Of a DNA stretch of 64,000 nucleotides, positions 49,546-58,697 are shown piece after piece (position 1 is the stretch's first letter; the number at the start of each line of letters is the position of its first letter). Source of the stretch: Verrucomicrobiota bacterium (lineage in GTDB: Bacteria; Verrucomicrobiota; Verrucomicrobiia; Limisphaerales; Palsa-1400). The notes under the pieces are model-generated. The model saw nothing but the letters and a program-made list of their open reading frames with translations, ran no database searches and was not told the origin of the DNA. The stretch lies in assembly GCA_049510745.1 (NCBI GenBank), contig JBEKYR010000023.1, forward strand, positions 1 to 64,000, in the 5' to 3' direction. The position numbers were made by a program, and so were the translations under genes.

Positions 49546-49997
49546 GCGATGCTTGTCGTGTAGAATTCCGAGCAGACGATGAGGCGATAGCCGGGGGTCA
49601 GGACGCCGTCCACGATCTGGCAGGAATCGATTTCGCGCAGGGTGATTTTGTGGGTTTTGCCGTTCAACATGCCGATGGAAATGGTGATGCTGCCTTTGAG
49701 TGTGCCGCCGGCGCCATCCTGGAGGTGGATGGTGGCGCCGGCGGGAGCGCCTTTGACTTCGGGATCGGAAGAATCGTTGCCGTAAAAGGGCTGGCCGCTG
49801 GGGCGCAGATCGAGCGTGATGCCGGGGAAGGCGGCGTTGGTGGCGGTGTAGGCGCTGGAGTAGGTGAGCGAGTCGCCGAGGTTGGTGTGGAAGATTTCGA
49901 CGGCGGGAACGCGGGCGCCGGCGCTGGGGCCGCGCTGGGCGACGTTGGCGGGGGTGTCAACTGCGATGTTTTGGCCGGGGCCGGTGTTGGGTGACAT
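49542..49997 (-). CDS. Putative tail protein
   Basis: MSPNTG... with C-terminal ITLREIDSC...LIVCSEFY. Confidence 0.6.
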   Translation of the reverse strand: MSPNTGPGQNIAVDTPANVAQRGPSAGARVPAVEIFHTNLGDSLTYSSAYTATNAAFPGITLDLRPSGQPFYGNDSSDPEVKGAPAGATIHLQDGAGGTLKGSITISIGMLNGKTHKITLREIDSCQIVDGVLTPGYRLIVCSEFYTTSIA

Positions 49998-50000
49998 AAG

Positions 50001-50092
50001 ACAATCAGTGAAGTTTGAATCAGTGAATGGATGAATTGGGGAGGGGGCTTCTGACTGCCCCATTCATCAATTCACTGATTCTTCTATTCATA
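50001..50092. repeat. Palindromic element E3
   Basis: aatcagtgaa x2 ... ttcactgatt. Confidence 0.9.
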
Positions 50093-50095
50093 ATT

Positions 50096-51133
50096 TCAGA
50101 TCAGATAGTACCATCTGGGGCCGCGGTTGGCGCGGAGTTGCTCGGCCAAATCCGGCGCGCCCAGGTGCGGGGGCGGCCCGAAGTTCAACGTCGTGCGCCC
50201 GGCGAGCAGGTCGTAGGTGACGTTTTGAATGCACGCGGCCATTGTGGTCCATTCCGCATTGGCGCTGTTGATGATGTTGAGGTTGTTTCCCAACGGGCAG
50301 AGGTCGGTGACTTCGGCTTCTTGCAAGCTGACGCTGCCCTCGTATTGCGGGGCTTTCTCGATATTGTAGATGAAGCCGGCCAGGCCGTAGGGGACCACTT
50401 CGGCGGCGGCGGCTTGGGCGTAGGTGCCGGCGGCAAGCTGGCAAAGAGTACAGCGGGCGTGTTTTTCGTGGAAGGCGACGCTGCCTTTGGTGAGGGCGCC
50501 GGCGGGAGTTTGAGCGTTTTCGGTGTAGGCGAAAGAACCGATGATGGTGGCTTGTTTGGCGAGTGGGTTGCCGCTGGTGATCGTGTTGGCCAGCCAGGTC
50601 GGGATGTGGGGATCGAGGAGGAAATAGCCGTATTGGCCGGCGCTGCTGCCAATCTCCGAAGTGATGTCCGCGCCCGTGTCGTCAAGGACTTTGAAGCTGG
50701 AGCCGGTGTAGGTGGCCAGGCTCGACACGTTTTGGAATTCGGGCCAGAGCGCCTGGCACATGGCGAGCGTCGCGCCGGAGAGCGTGCCGGTGGACAGGCC
50801 GATGGCCTGCGAGGTGACGTTGACGGCGAGCGTATTGACGCCCTCGAAGTCGAGGGTGGCCATTTTCGCGCCGAAAGTGCGGCCGTTGGTCTGGAGCGTG
50901 GTTTGAGTGCCGCTGTCAAGATAAGTGCTGGGCGCGGAGATGAAAGTGGCAATGTTGCAGAGCGCGCCGGTGGCGCCGACGCCTTCCCGCGTGACGCCGG
51001 CGATGGTGGTGGCCACGTCGTTGATGACCTGGACGTAAAGGTTGTTGTTGTATTTCGACGTGACCCGGTATTTGAGGTGGACGCCCGGGGGAATGAGGTC
51101 GTCGCGGCGCTTGATTTTTAAGTCAAAAATCAT
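50096..51133 (-). CDS. Putative tail hub/baseplate protein, C-terminal part
   Basis: YEGSVSL...IQNVTYDLLAGRTTLNFGPPPHL; start at MIFDLK after the repeat. Confidence 0.65.
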   Translation of the reverse strand: MIFDLKIKRRDDLIPPGVHLKYRVTSKYNNNLYVQVINDVATTIAGVTREGVGATGALCNIATFISAPSTYLDSGTQTTLQTNGRTFGAKMATLDFEGVNTLAVNVTSQAIGLSTGTLSGATLAMCQALWPEFQNVSSLATYTGSSFKVLDDTGADITSEIGSSAGQYGYFLLDPHIPTWLANTITSGNPLAKQATIIGSFAYTENAQTPAGALTKGSVAFHEKHARCTLCQLAAGTYAQAAAAEVVPYGLAGFIYNIEKAPQYEGSVSLQEAEVTDLCPLGNNLNIINSANAEWTTMAACIQNVTYDLLAGRTTLNFGPPPHLGAPDLAEQLRANRGPRWYYLI

Positions 51134-51136
51134 AAG

Positions 51137-51279
51137 GCAATCAGTGAAGTCTGAATCAGTGAACTGGAAACAATCAGTGAAGTCTGAATGAGTGAATTGA
51201 TGAAGGGGGCAGTCAGCGCGCTGCGCGCGATCCGGCATTCATGGCATTCACTGATTCTGACTTCATTAATTGGGTTCAT
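51137..51279. repeat. Palindromic element E4
   Basis: aatcagtgaa x3 ... ttcactgatt; long arm is the reverse complement of the E9 long arm. Confidence 0.92.
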
Positions 51280-51284
51280 GCGGA

Positions 51285-52193
51285 TCAGGTGGCGCTCACG
51301 TTCACGCTGGGCAGTTGGTCGCGCGTGGTCACTTTGAACGTCGGGGGCGTTGTGGTGTAGTCGAACCAGGCGACGGTGCTTCCCACGTAGCCGAGCCATT
51401 TGAACATGTAGCGCAGGGCTTCGGCGCACGTAACATCATTGACGGCGTCGAGCGGGGCGCGCAACAGCGTGCGGGCGTCGGCTGTGCCGCTGGATTGGCC
51501 GCTGGCGGCGTAGCCGGCGATGTAATCCGGGATCAGGCAGTTGGGGCCGGGCGCGAGGAGGAGATCGTAGTTGACGCCATCGACGGCGTTGGTCAGGCCG
51601 TCGAATTGAAGTTGCGGGCTGCCATAGGCGGCGGTGGTTTGGGCGATGACATAGGCGACGATTTCCTTCACTTGCTGCGAAATGGTCATCAGCGTGGTGG
51701 CGGCCACGCCGGGGCAGACGGCCCCCGGCGTCGTGTTGGCATAGACGCTCAGGCCCAGGATGACGGCGCTGCGCCAATCGGCCACAAGCTGGCTGCCGTT
51801 CCACGTCCACCAGAGCTTTTGGAAGACGAGGCGCTCGAAGAAAAATTCCCACGGTCCGGCGAATTTGTAATCGAATTTTTCAAGTTGGGCGCTGCCGCTG
51901 CGGAGGTTGGCGACGCGGTAGCCGACGAAGAAGATCGTGCCGCCGGAGAAGGAGGTGAAGCCGCTGCCGGGCAAACCGCCAGGCAATGAGACGCCCCCGG
52001 CGGCCGTGCGGTTGCGGCGGATGGTGATTTTCGTGCCATAGGGGAAAGGGTCGGCGGCGTCGGCCGGGGTAATGAGGGAAAAGGCGAGATTGTCGCCGGC
52101 CTGGTTGTTGGCCTGGCGGCGGGCGGACTCAATGCGGGCGTCTGCGAAGGTCATTTCGGATCCGCCAGCAGCTTGGATGGTCCAATAGGTCAT
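51285..52193 (-). CDS. Putative tail hub/baseplate protein, N-terminal part
   Basis: IFFVGY, YKFAGPWEFFFERLVFQ, WFDYTTTPPTF; operon position. Confidence 0.65.
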   Translation of the reverse strand: MTYWTIQAAGGSEMTFADARIESARRQANNQAGDNLAFSLITPADAADPFPYGTKITIRRNRTAAGGVSLPGGLPGSGFTSFSGGTIFFVGYRVANLRSGSAQLEKFDYKFAGPWEFFFERLVFQKLWWTWNGSQLVADWRSAVILGLSVYANTTPGAVCPGVAATTLMTISQQVKEIVAYVIAQTTAAYGSPQLQFDGLTNAVDGVNYDLLLAPGPNCLIPDYIAGYAASGQSSGTADARTLLRAPLDAVNDVTCAEALRYMFKWLGYVGSTVAWFDYTTTPPTFKVTTRDQLPSVNVSAT

Positions 52194-52195
52194 GG

Positions 52196-52290
52196 AAAAA
52201 TAGTTGAAGTCTGAATCAGTGAATCAGTGAATTCTGAATTCATGGCATTCACTGATTCACTGATTGTGACTTCGCTAAATGGGGTTCATG
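52196..52290. repeat. Palindromic element E5
   Basis: tgaatcagtgaatcagtgaa ... ttcactgattcactgatt. Confidence 0.9.
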
Positions 52291-52292
52291 GT

Positions 52293-54776
52293 TCAATAAA
52301 TGGTTCCGGTGAAATAGTGGCCGAAGCTGCCGCTGCCGCTCATGGTGACTTGCAGATCAATCCAGGCGTTCGTCAACCATAAGAGTGCCGCGCCGTTGGT
52401 GACTCCTGATTGTCCGGCATAGGCGGCCAGCGCGCTGTTCGCCATCGCACCGGTGCCGTTGCCGTTTGTTCGCAAGGTGAAAACAAGATTGCTTCCCGCT
52501 AAAAGACTCGTGCCTTCCGCCAAATTGAACGTCGAAACACAAAAAATCCCGGGAAGAAACACCGACACGTTCGTTTCAGCCGCCTGGCCGTTCGCAACAG
52601 GGCCAGTCGGCGGATACCAGCGCGTCGTTGAGGTCTGAGTTTGCCCAAAGACACCAAAATGAAGGATCGTCGAGAAGCTGGTGTTGGTCAGGCCGTTGAT
52701 GACGTTGGTCCAGCCGTTCGGGCCGCCGATGTTGGTGGCGGTGGCGCTGAGATCAACATGGGTGGCGTTTGTCAAGACGATGTTGGTGCCGTTGTTGGCC
52801 GTGTTGGTGCTGCCGGTGGCGCCAACAGTCCAGGTCAGGCCGCCGTTGGTCACCGTGATGAAACCGAGGCTGGCCGTGCCCCCGTTGGTATCGACTATAT
52901 TCAGGTTGTTGGTCGGAAACTGAACCGAAGCGGCGGGGATCGTGCCGCTCAGGTTGGCGGCGTTGAGACTGGTCAGGCCGGAGCCGGAGCCGTTGAAGCT
53001 AACGGCGCTCAGATCGCCGATACCGTCCGATGAAATCTTGTAAAGGCTCCCGCTCCAATCGGCCTGAAAGCCGCCGTCCATTTGCATCGGAGCGCCGGTG
53101 TGCAGGCTCGCACCGCCGCCGTTGTTGTCAAGAGTAACCGTGGTGCCGGCGGATTTGAGGACCAGGGCGCTGTTCTGCTCGTAGCCGTTGGAGATGACGA
53201 TGTTGGTGAAGCTGTTTGGCCCGGTAAAAGCGTTCGTTCCCGCCAGACTGGCAAAGCCGTTGGTTTGCAGCGCGTAATTTGTGCCGCGAATTTCCGTCAG
53301 CAAATTCGTGCCGTCCGTCACGATCCGCAGGTTGCATCCGGCCGGGAGCGAAAAGTTGGTCGTGCCGTTCATCCCCTGGAAGACCGCGTGATCCGCCGTG
53401 CAAATCTGCACGCTATGAGGCCCGTTGGTATCGACCCGGAATATGTTCCAATCCAGCGTGCAGTAGGCCGGGCCTTTGCTCGCGCCGTCCCGCACGAATG
53501 TCCAGGCCGGCTTGGTCTGCGTCGTCTCCCCGAAATGCCCCAGCGCCGGCAGCGTGATCTGGATGTTGTTGGCGATGGCATCGGCGAAAATGTAGCGGTC
53601 CGCTATATCGGCGGTGTAATTGGCCGCGATGTTGGTGAAGCCCCACCACTGTTTGGCTGCCTGGATGCTGCCCATCGGGCCGGCGACGACGGAATACCAG
53701 TTGCTCGTGCCCCAGACCACGAATTGATCGTTGGAAAAATTGATCCCGGCCGGGGAGTAAATATCCATCGTTTCCTGACTGCTGGTTTGCGGCGGAGCCG
53801 TGATTTGCACAAAGCCGTTTGTCATAACCAGAAGCTGGCCGGCTCCGTTTAAATAGACCGGCAGATAAAAGATCGCGCCGTTGGTAAAGTAGGCCGTTCC
53901 TTGCACATCGACATTGCCATTGTTGTCCAGCGTGATTCCGGCGTTGAACGAGTTTGCATTCACGTCGGAGGAGTATTGGTTTAGCAGCGTCACCGGCGCG
54001 TCGTTCGTCAGCGTCAAGCCGACCGCCCCGCCGCTGAGGGTGACACCGGCCGCCATGATATTCGTGGTGTTGACGGTGCCATTGACCGTTAGATTGCTGC
54101 CAACGGTAATGGTGCCGTTGGAATTGATGTCCAGGGCGAGAAAGGTGTTGGTGGAGTAGATGCGCCAATCGCGGCTGGAAACCGTTTCGTTCCAATCGAC
54201 GCCGAAGGGGAACTCAAAGTTGCGGATGACGAACTTCTGGCCGGGCATTTTGTAATCGTAGGCCAGATAAGCGTTGCCGGCGTTGGTGAAGGCAATGAGG
54301 ACGCAGTTGGTCCAATAATCATTGCCGGTATTGTGGCCCGTGGTCCCCGTGATATTGAGGCCGTCCAGGAAGGTCAGCGGGTTCAGGTCATTATTGGTGA
54401 CGACGCTGTTGGTCAGGCTGATCTGGCCGAGGGAATTGGTCGCAACGAAATTGGGATCGTAACTGGCCGGCCCGCCGCCTCCCCCGCCGCCGCCGGATGC
54501 GGCCACAGCCTGGTTCAGAAGATTGCTGTTGGCGGCGAAAAAGTTTGTCTCATTGGGCGGCAGCGTGTTGTTCGTATTGACCACGAACACTTTGTTGGTG
54601 CTGACACTGGCGCCGGGAGACGGCAGGGCAATCAGTGAAGTTAGAATTAGTGAAGTCAGAATCAGTGAATTAGTGAATAGGGACAATGCGAAACTCATCA
54701 ATTCACTGATTCTCACTTCATTGATTGTTTCTCGTTCACTGTTTCTCAATTCGCTGATTTTTTTCATAATTTTCAT
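52293..54776 (-). CDS. Large Thr/Asn/Gly-rich fibre- or adhesin-like protein with a repeat-encoded signal peptide
   Basis: 827 aa, FTGPNSFTN and FNGSGSGLTSLNAANLSGT fibre-like motifs; N-terminus overlaps element E6. Confidence 0.75.
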   Translation of the reverse strand: MKIMKKISELRNSERETINEVRISELMSFALSLFTNSLILTSLILTSLIALPSPGASVSTNKVFVVNTNNTLPPNETNFFAANSNLLNQAVAASGGGGGGGGPASYDPNFVATNSLGQISLTNSVVTNNDLNPLTFLDGLNITGTTGHNTGNDYWTNCVLIAFTNAGNAYLAYDYKMPGQKFVIRNFEFPFGVDWNETVSSRDWRIYSTNTFLALDINSNGTITVGSNLTVNGTVNTTNIMAAGVTLSGGAVGLTLTNDAPVTLLNQYSSDVNANSFNAGITLDNNGNVDVQGTAYFTNGAIFYLPVYLNGAGQLLVMTNGFVQITAPPQTSSQETMDIYSPAGINFSNDQFVVWGTSNWYSVVAGPMGSIQAAKQWWGFTNIAANYTADIADRYIFADAIANNIQITLPALGHFGETTQTKPAWTFVRDGASKGPAYCTLDWNIFRVDTNGPHSVQICTADHAVFQGMNGTTNFSLPAGCNLRIVTDGTNLLTEIRGTNYALQTNGFASLAGTNAFTGPNSFTNIVISNGYEQNSALVLKSAGTTVTLDNNGGGASLHTGAPMQMDGGFQADWSGSLYKISSDGIGDLSAVSFNGSGSGLTSLNAANLSGTIPAASVQFPTNNLNIVDTNGGTASLGFITVTNGGLTWTVGATGSTNTANNGTNIVLTNATHVDLSATATNIGGPNGWTNVINGLTNTSFSTILHFGVFGQTQTSTTRWYPPTGPVANGQAAETNVSVFLPGIFCVSTFNLAEGTSLLAGSNLVFTLRTNGNGTGAMANSALAAYAGQSGVTNGAALLWLTNAWIDLQVTMSGSGSFGHYFTGTIY
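54630..54759. repeat. Palindromic element E6 (in frame in the CDS N-terminus)
   Basis: Encodes ISELRNSERETINEVRISELMSFALSLFTNSLILTSLILTSLI. Confidence 0.9.
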
Positions 54777-54777
54777 C

Positions 54778-55422
54778 TTAGTAGCCTTGGTCAGACAGTT
54801 GCGCCGTAAGCACCCCGCCGTCGTTCAGTACGGCCAGCGTGTGATAAAGGCCCGTCGTTGTGTCCAGCAATTGCGGCACGATCTGCCCGGCGACGCTGTA
54901 AAGGCGGAACCCCGCCAAAGGCGGCGCGCTGGCCGTGCTGATCGGGCCGTCTTTGACCATGATCGGACCGTTCAAAAGCGTGATCGTCTTGGGCGTGCCA
55001 TCCGTGGTCTGCGCGGTGATGCGCAGCCAATACCCGATGGTCGCCTGGCCACTGAGGCTGACGCCCGTCTGGCTGTTGGGGAAGACAAACGCCGCGTGAT
55101 AGAAGGGCGCGCTATTGTTGGTCCACTCGCTTTGCGTGAGCGAAAGATTCATGTTCGCCGCCAGGACCGTGCCACTCATCATCGGCGCATTGCTGTCGTT
55201 TTCCGCCGCAAACAGTTGGCAGGTGACGGACGCGATCCCGCCCGCCCCGGCCGAAGCCAGGCCGGTGAGCAGGCTGCCGCCCTGCCCGATGCCGATGTCG
55301 ATTTCAACGTCGTCTCCGCGAAAGAAATAGGGCGCGGCGCTGCGATTGAGATCGAGCAAGTTTTGCGGCGCCGCCAAGTCGCAGAACAAGCGGATGGGCA
55401 GGGGGGTAAGGGGAGTGCTCAT
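54778..55422 (-). CDS. Putative baseplate upper/fibre-attachment (BppU-like) protein
   Basis: FFRGDDVEIDIGI...YWLRITA...ITLLNG; start at MSTPL. Confidence 0.55.
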   Translation of the reverse strand: MSTPLTPLPIRLFCDLAAPQNLLDLNRSAAPYFFRGDDVEIDIGIGQGGSLLTGLASAGAGGIASVTCQLFAAENDSNAPMMSGTVLAANMNLSLTQSEWTNNSAPFYHAAFVFPNSQTGVSLSGQATIGYWLRITAQTTDGTPKTITLLNGPIMVKDGPISTASAPPLAGFRLYSVAGQIVPQLLDTTTGLYHTLAVLNDGGVLTAQLSDQGY

Positions 55423-55429
55423 AGCAACA

Positions 55430-55565
55430 TAATCAGTGAAGGTTGAATTAGTGAACCGGCAATAATCAGTGAAGTGAGAATCAGTGAATTGATGAATGGG
55501 GCAGTCAGTTTCCATTCGGCATTCACTGATTCCCTGATTCTTCTATTCATTGATTGGGTTCTCAT
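55430..55565. repeat. Palindromic element E7
   Basis: aatcagtgaa x3 ... ttcactgatt. Confidence 0.9.
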
Positions 55566-56026
55566 GGGCTGTTTTGCCACGGCCCGTTGCCGCAGATGGC
55601 GTAGGTGACATTGCAACTCAGCCCCTGGTGCTGGGCGCACTCGACGCTTTCGACCACCGCATTGGGCAGGTAGCGGACGATCACCCCGGTCGTCGTCTGG
55701 TTTTCCAGCTTGACCCCGCCCTGGGCCGGGACGTTGTCCGGGTGCCCGGCGATAAAGGCCAGGCAATCTTCAACCGCGCTGAAAGAGCGTTGCACGGTGA
55801 ATGAAAACCGGTTCTCCAGATTGTAGCGCGGCACGGCCAGCGCATAGGCGGCGCGGAAAAGATGGGTCTTTTGCACCAGCCGCTTTTGCCGGTTGACAAA
55901 CCCCTCCTTGTTTTGCCCGCCCGACCCGGACGCCAATTGCGGATTGGGCAAAACGACCCGCACCGAATCATCCGCCAGGATGAACGGCGTCGCGCCGGCG
56001 CCCGATGGGGTGAGGGTGATCTTCAC
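55562..56026 (-). CDS. Putative distal-tail-like protein
   Basis: 154-aa beta-rich ORF after the tail tube gene. Confidence 0.5.
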   Translation of the reverse strand: MKITLTPSGAGATPFILADDSVRVVLPNPQLASGSGGQNKEGFVNRQKRLVQKTHLFRAAYALAVPRYNLENRFSFTVQRSFSAVEDCLAFIAGHPDNVPAQGGVKLENQTTTGVIVRYLPNAVVESVECAQHQGLSCNVTYAICGNGPWQNSP

Positions 56027-56031
56027 AAGCT

Positions 56032-56137
56032 AATAGTTGAATGAGTGAATCAGAGAATCAGTGAATGCCGAATTCATCAATTCACTGATTCAAACTTCAC
56101 TGATTATTTCCGGTTCACTGATTCTGACTTCGTTAAT
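56032..56137. repeat. Palindromic element E8 (overlaps the 3' end of the 68-aa ORF)
   Basis: aatcagtgaa ... ttcactgatt x3. Confidence 0.9.
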
Positions 56138-56310
56138 TGGCTTTCCACGTAGGTCTTGTGCAGTTCCACCTGATGGATGGCCGTGGCCAGCGCCCCCTTG
56201 GCCACGCTCAGCCAGCTTGGGTTATGTCCGTCTTTTTCGGACTGCGCCTTCAGGGCGGCGACTTCGTCGTGGATCAATTTGATCCCGCTGATGATTTCGC
56301 ATGTTGTCAT
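56104..56310 (-). CDS. Small hypothetical protein
   Basis: 68-aa ORF in the operon; C-terminus is repeat-derived. Confidence 0.55.
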   Translation of the reverse strand: MTTCEIISGIKLIHDEVAALKAQSEKDGHNPSWLSVAKGALATAIHQVELHKTYVESQLTKSESVNRK

Positions 56311-56343
56311 ATGCTTTCTGCTTTCTGCTTTCAGTTTTTGTTT

Positions 56344-57276
56344 TTACGCCAGAGCCAGCGCGGGGGTGGCCGGCGCCCCGCCGGCGGCGATGGGCAGCGT
56401 GCTGACCCAGCCCAGTTCCCCCAGCCGCAACGGTTTCCCGCCGAAGACATACCCCGCCGTCTTGAGCGCCGCGTTGCCGATCGTCACCGTCATATTGCTG
56501 CTGCCGGTGATGACCAGGTTGGCGGAATTCGTTGACAACCGGTAGCCCCCGGCCGCGCCGGTTCCCTGCGCGTAAAGCGCGGCGTCAATCTGCGCCATCG
56601 TCGGCCCGAGCGGTTTGCACTTGGCCATCGCCCGGTAGCTGACCAGTTTGAAAGCCCGCGTCCGGCCCTGGATCGTGATCGCTTCCAGCTTCAACTCGTG
56701 CGAGAGGGTCCACTTCTCTTGCGCCTGAAAACTACTGAAGCCCGCCACGCTTCCCCAAGCCGCGGTAAACTCCTGCCGTCCCAGCACCGCCGTCCCTGGC
56801 ACAGCCGGGTTGGCATAACTCTGCCCCGTCGCCAGCGTGTAATAGGCGTTGGCGTGGCTCGGGTCCTCGGTATTGGCGATCACTCCCCAAATCTCCATCC
56901 GCCCAAGCACCGGGCCATCGACGCCCAATTCCAAATCGGGCATCTTTCCGATCAGCGCGCTGCTCAACGTCACCACGTCGCCGTTGTTGGAATTCCACGC
57001 GCAGGGAACATCGCTCGAACCGGGATATGTCGTGCCAATCGCCGCCGCCAGGTAAGGAAACAGCGTCGCGATCTGCGCCGTGTCATAAAACAGCGGCCGC
57101 CCGCTCGCCTTGACGATCAGGTCCTTTTCGATCTCGTCCGCCTCCCCATAGAGCGCAGTGGAAATCACATCCGTGACCAGCGCCGTCGCCACCGAAGAGT
57201 CTTCGGCGAACTGGATGTTTTTGGAGTTAAAGGCCGCGTAAGCCGGCCCGCCCGTGAGTGTGGATCGTGTTACCAT
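56344..57276 (-). CDS. Putative major tail tube protein
   Basis: About 310 aa, beta-rich, directly after the neck genes. Confidence 0.6.
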   Translation of the reverse strand: MVTRSTLTGGPAYAAFNSKNIQFAEDSSVATALVTDVISTALYGEADEIEKDLIVKASGRPLFYDTAQIATLFPYLAAAIGTTYPGSSDVPCAWNSNNGDVVTLSSALIGKMPDLELGVDGPVLGRMEIWGVIANTEDPSHANAYYTLATGQSYANPAVPGTAVLGRQEFTAAWGSVAGFSSFQAQEKWTLSHELKLEAITIQGRTRAFKLVSYRAMAKCKPLGPTMAQIDAALYAQGTGAAGGYRLSTNSANLVITGSSNMTVTIGNAALKTAGYVFGGKPLRLGELGWVSTLPIAAGGAPATPALALA

Positions 57277-57287
57277 AAAACAATAAT

Positions 57288-57428
57288 TCAAGTCTGAACC
57301 GGAAGAGAATCAGTGAAGTCTGAATGAGTGAGTGCCATGAATGCTGAATTCAACAATTCACTGATTCTCACTTCACTGATTGTTTCCAGTTCACTGATTC
57401 TCGCTTCACTGATTTTCTTCGGGTTCAT
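57288..57428. repeat. Palindromic element E9
   Basis: Near-identical to E2. Confidence 0.92.
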
Positions 57429-57436
57429 CGGGTTTG

Positions 57437-58156
57437 TTATGTGACTGTGAAAGTATCGACCATGCTGCCCTGCAAGGTCCCATTGTAAGCGGCCACGCGC
57501 ACCACGGTCCCGCCCGCAACGGGAAAGGGAACCGAATAGAGGACGGCATTCGGGTTTCCCGCCCCGGGAAAACTGCCGTCCGTTGTGTAATAAATCGTGC
57601 TGCCGCCGCCGGGTTGTTGATCGGCCAGCGTCACGGTTCCGGCCGCGGCGGATGCCGCGGGCGCCAGGGTCCGCGTCAACGCTGTCAAGACGAACGTCGC
57701 CTGCATCGTCACTTGCATCGCCACAAACGGCGTCTTCCCGCCCGTCTCCATCCGTTCGTAAAACGGCGAGCCGGCGTAGAACCCCTGCAGCGGGCCTCCG
57801 AGGAAAAACAATTGGAACGTCTGCGCCAGGTTGACGGCGATCTGCTCCAGGCTCAACCCCGTGCCCCGCGCCCCGTTGTTGACCGTCTCCTGCGTCTTGA
57901 CGATGAATCTCTGTTCCAGCGTGCAGACCGGCCCGGGTGTGTTTGGCTCGGCGCTCTTGAGGGTGGGGAAAAAAACTTCAATGGTGGCGCCGCCTTTGCC
58001 ATTGCGCCCGGCCAGCCCGGCCAGCGCCTGGTTCACTTCCGTGTCCAGCCGCTTCTCGCGCACTTTGAATATGGCGATGTTTTGAAAATACGGCTCGGAC
58101 AGCAGCTTGTAGTAAACGTCCGGCTGCACGCTTTCGATTTGCGCCGCTAAACTCAT
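57437..58156 (-). CDS. Putative neck/tail-terminator protein with a C-terminal FN3-associated (chitobiase C-terminal-like) Ig domain
   Basis: TIYYTTDGSFP...LYSVPF...VRVAAY motif. Confidence 0.65.
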   Translation of the reverse strand: MSLAAQIESVQPDVYYKLLSEPYFQNIAIFKVREKRLDTEVNQALAGLAGRNGKGGATIEVFFPTLKSAEPNTPGPVCTLEQRFIVKTQETVNNGARGTGLSLEQIAVNLAQTFQLFFLGGPLQGFYAGSPFYERMETGGKTPFVAMQVTMQATFVLTALTRTLAPAASAAAGTVTLADQQPGGGSTIYYTTDGSFPGAGNPNAVLYSVPFPVAGGTVVRVAAYNGTLQGSMVDTFTVT

Positions 58157-58599
58157 GTTTCCCCCAGCGTGTCAAAGTCGTGGGTCCGCACCTCGTGGCC
58201 CCGCCTCACCGTTTCCACCCGGAAGCTCGGACCGGTCACATTCTGCGCCGCGGCCGGAATCTCCACTTTTTCCTTCCCGTCCCGGATTTTCTCCATCCGC
58301 TTCTGCGCCGTTTCATATTGGGCCTTTCTGAATTCGCTTTGCAGGTCCGTCTTCGGCAGGCTGCAAAACCACCGCCAGCGCACGATCGCTATCGCATCCC
58401 CGCGAATCTGGTCCGGGACCGTGCCCGATGCGCCGATCTGATTTCCTCCCACCAGTATCTGCGCCTGCAATTCGGCCAGGACCGTGGCCAGGATCGCGCT
58501 CAGTATCGTGTCGCTTCCCTCGATGGTGTTCAGGGCGGTGACCTCATCCGGGAGAATCTCGGCGGTCACATCGGTCGTTGCAAGCGTGTTCCAAGGCAT
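58153..58599 (-). CDS. Mu gp36/DUF1320-like head-tail adaptor
   Basis: MPW...TVPDQI...AIVRWR...RKAQYETAQKRMEKIRDG pattern; follows the capsid genes. Confidence 0.65.
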   Translation of the reverse strand: MPWNTLATTDVTAEILPDEVTALNTIEGSDTILSAILATVLAELQAQILVGGNQIGASGTVPDQIRGDAIAIVRWRWFCSLPKTDLQSEFRKAQYETAQKRMEKIRDGKEKVEIPAAAQNVTGPSFRVETVRRGHEVRTHDFDTLGET

Positions 58600-58605
58600 G
58601 GGAAG

Positions 58606-58697
58606 AAATAGTTGAAGTTGGAATGAGTGAATTAGTGAATGGAAAAGTCAGTGGCTTCGCCATTCAACAATTCACTGATTCTTTTATTCATTTGATT
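58606..58697. repeat. Palindromic element E10
   Basis: aaatagttgaag...gagtgaattagtgaa...ttcactgatt. Confidence 0.85.
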
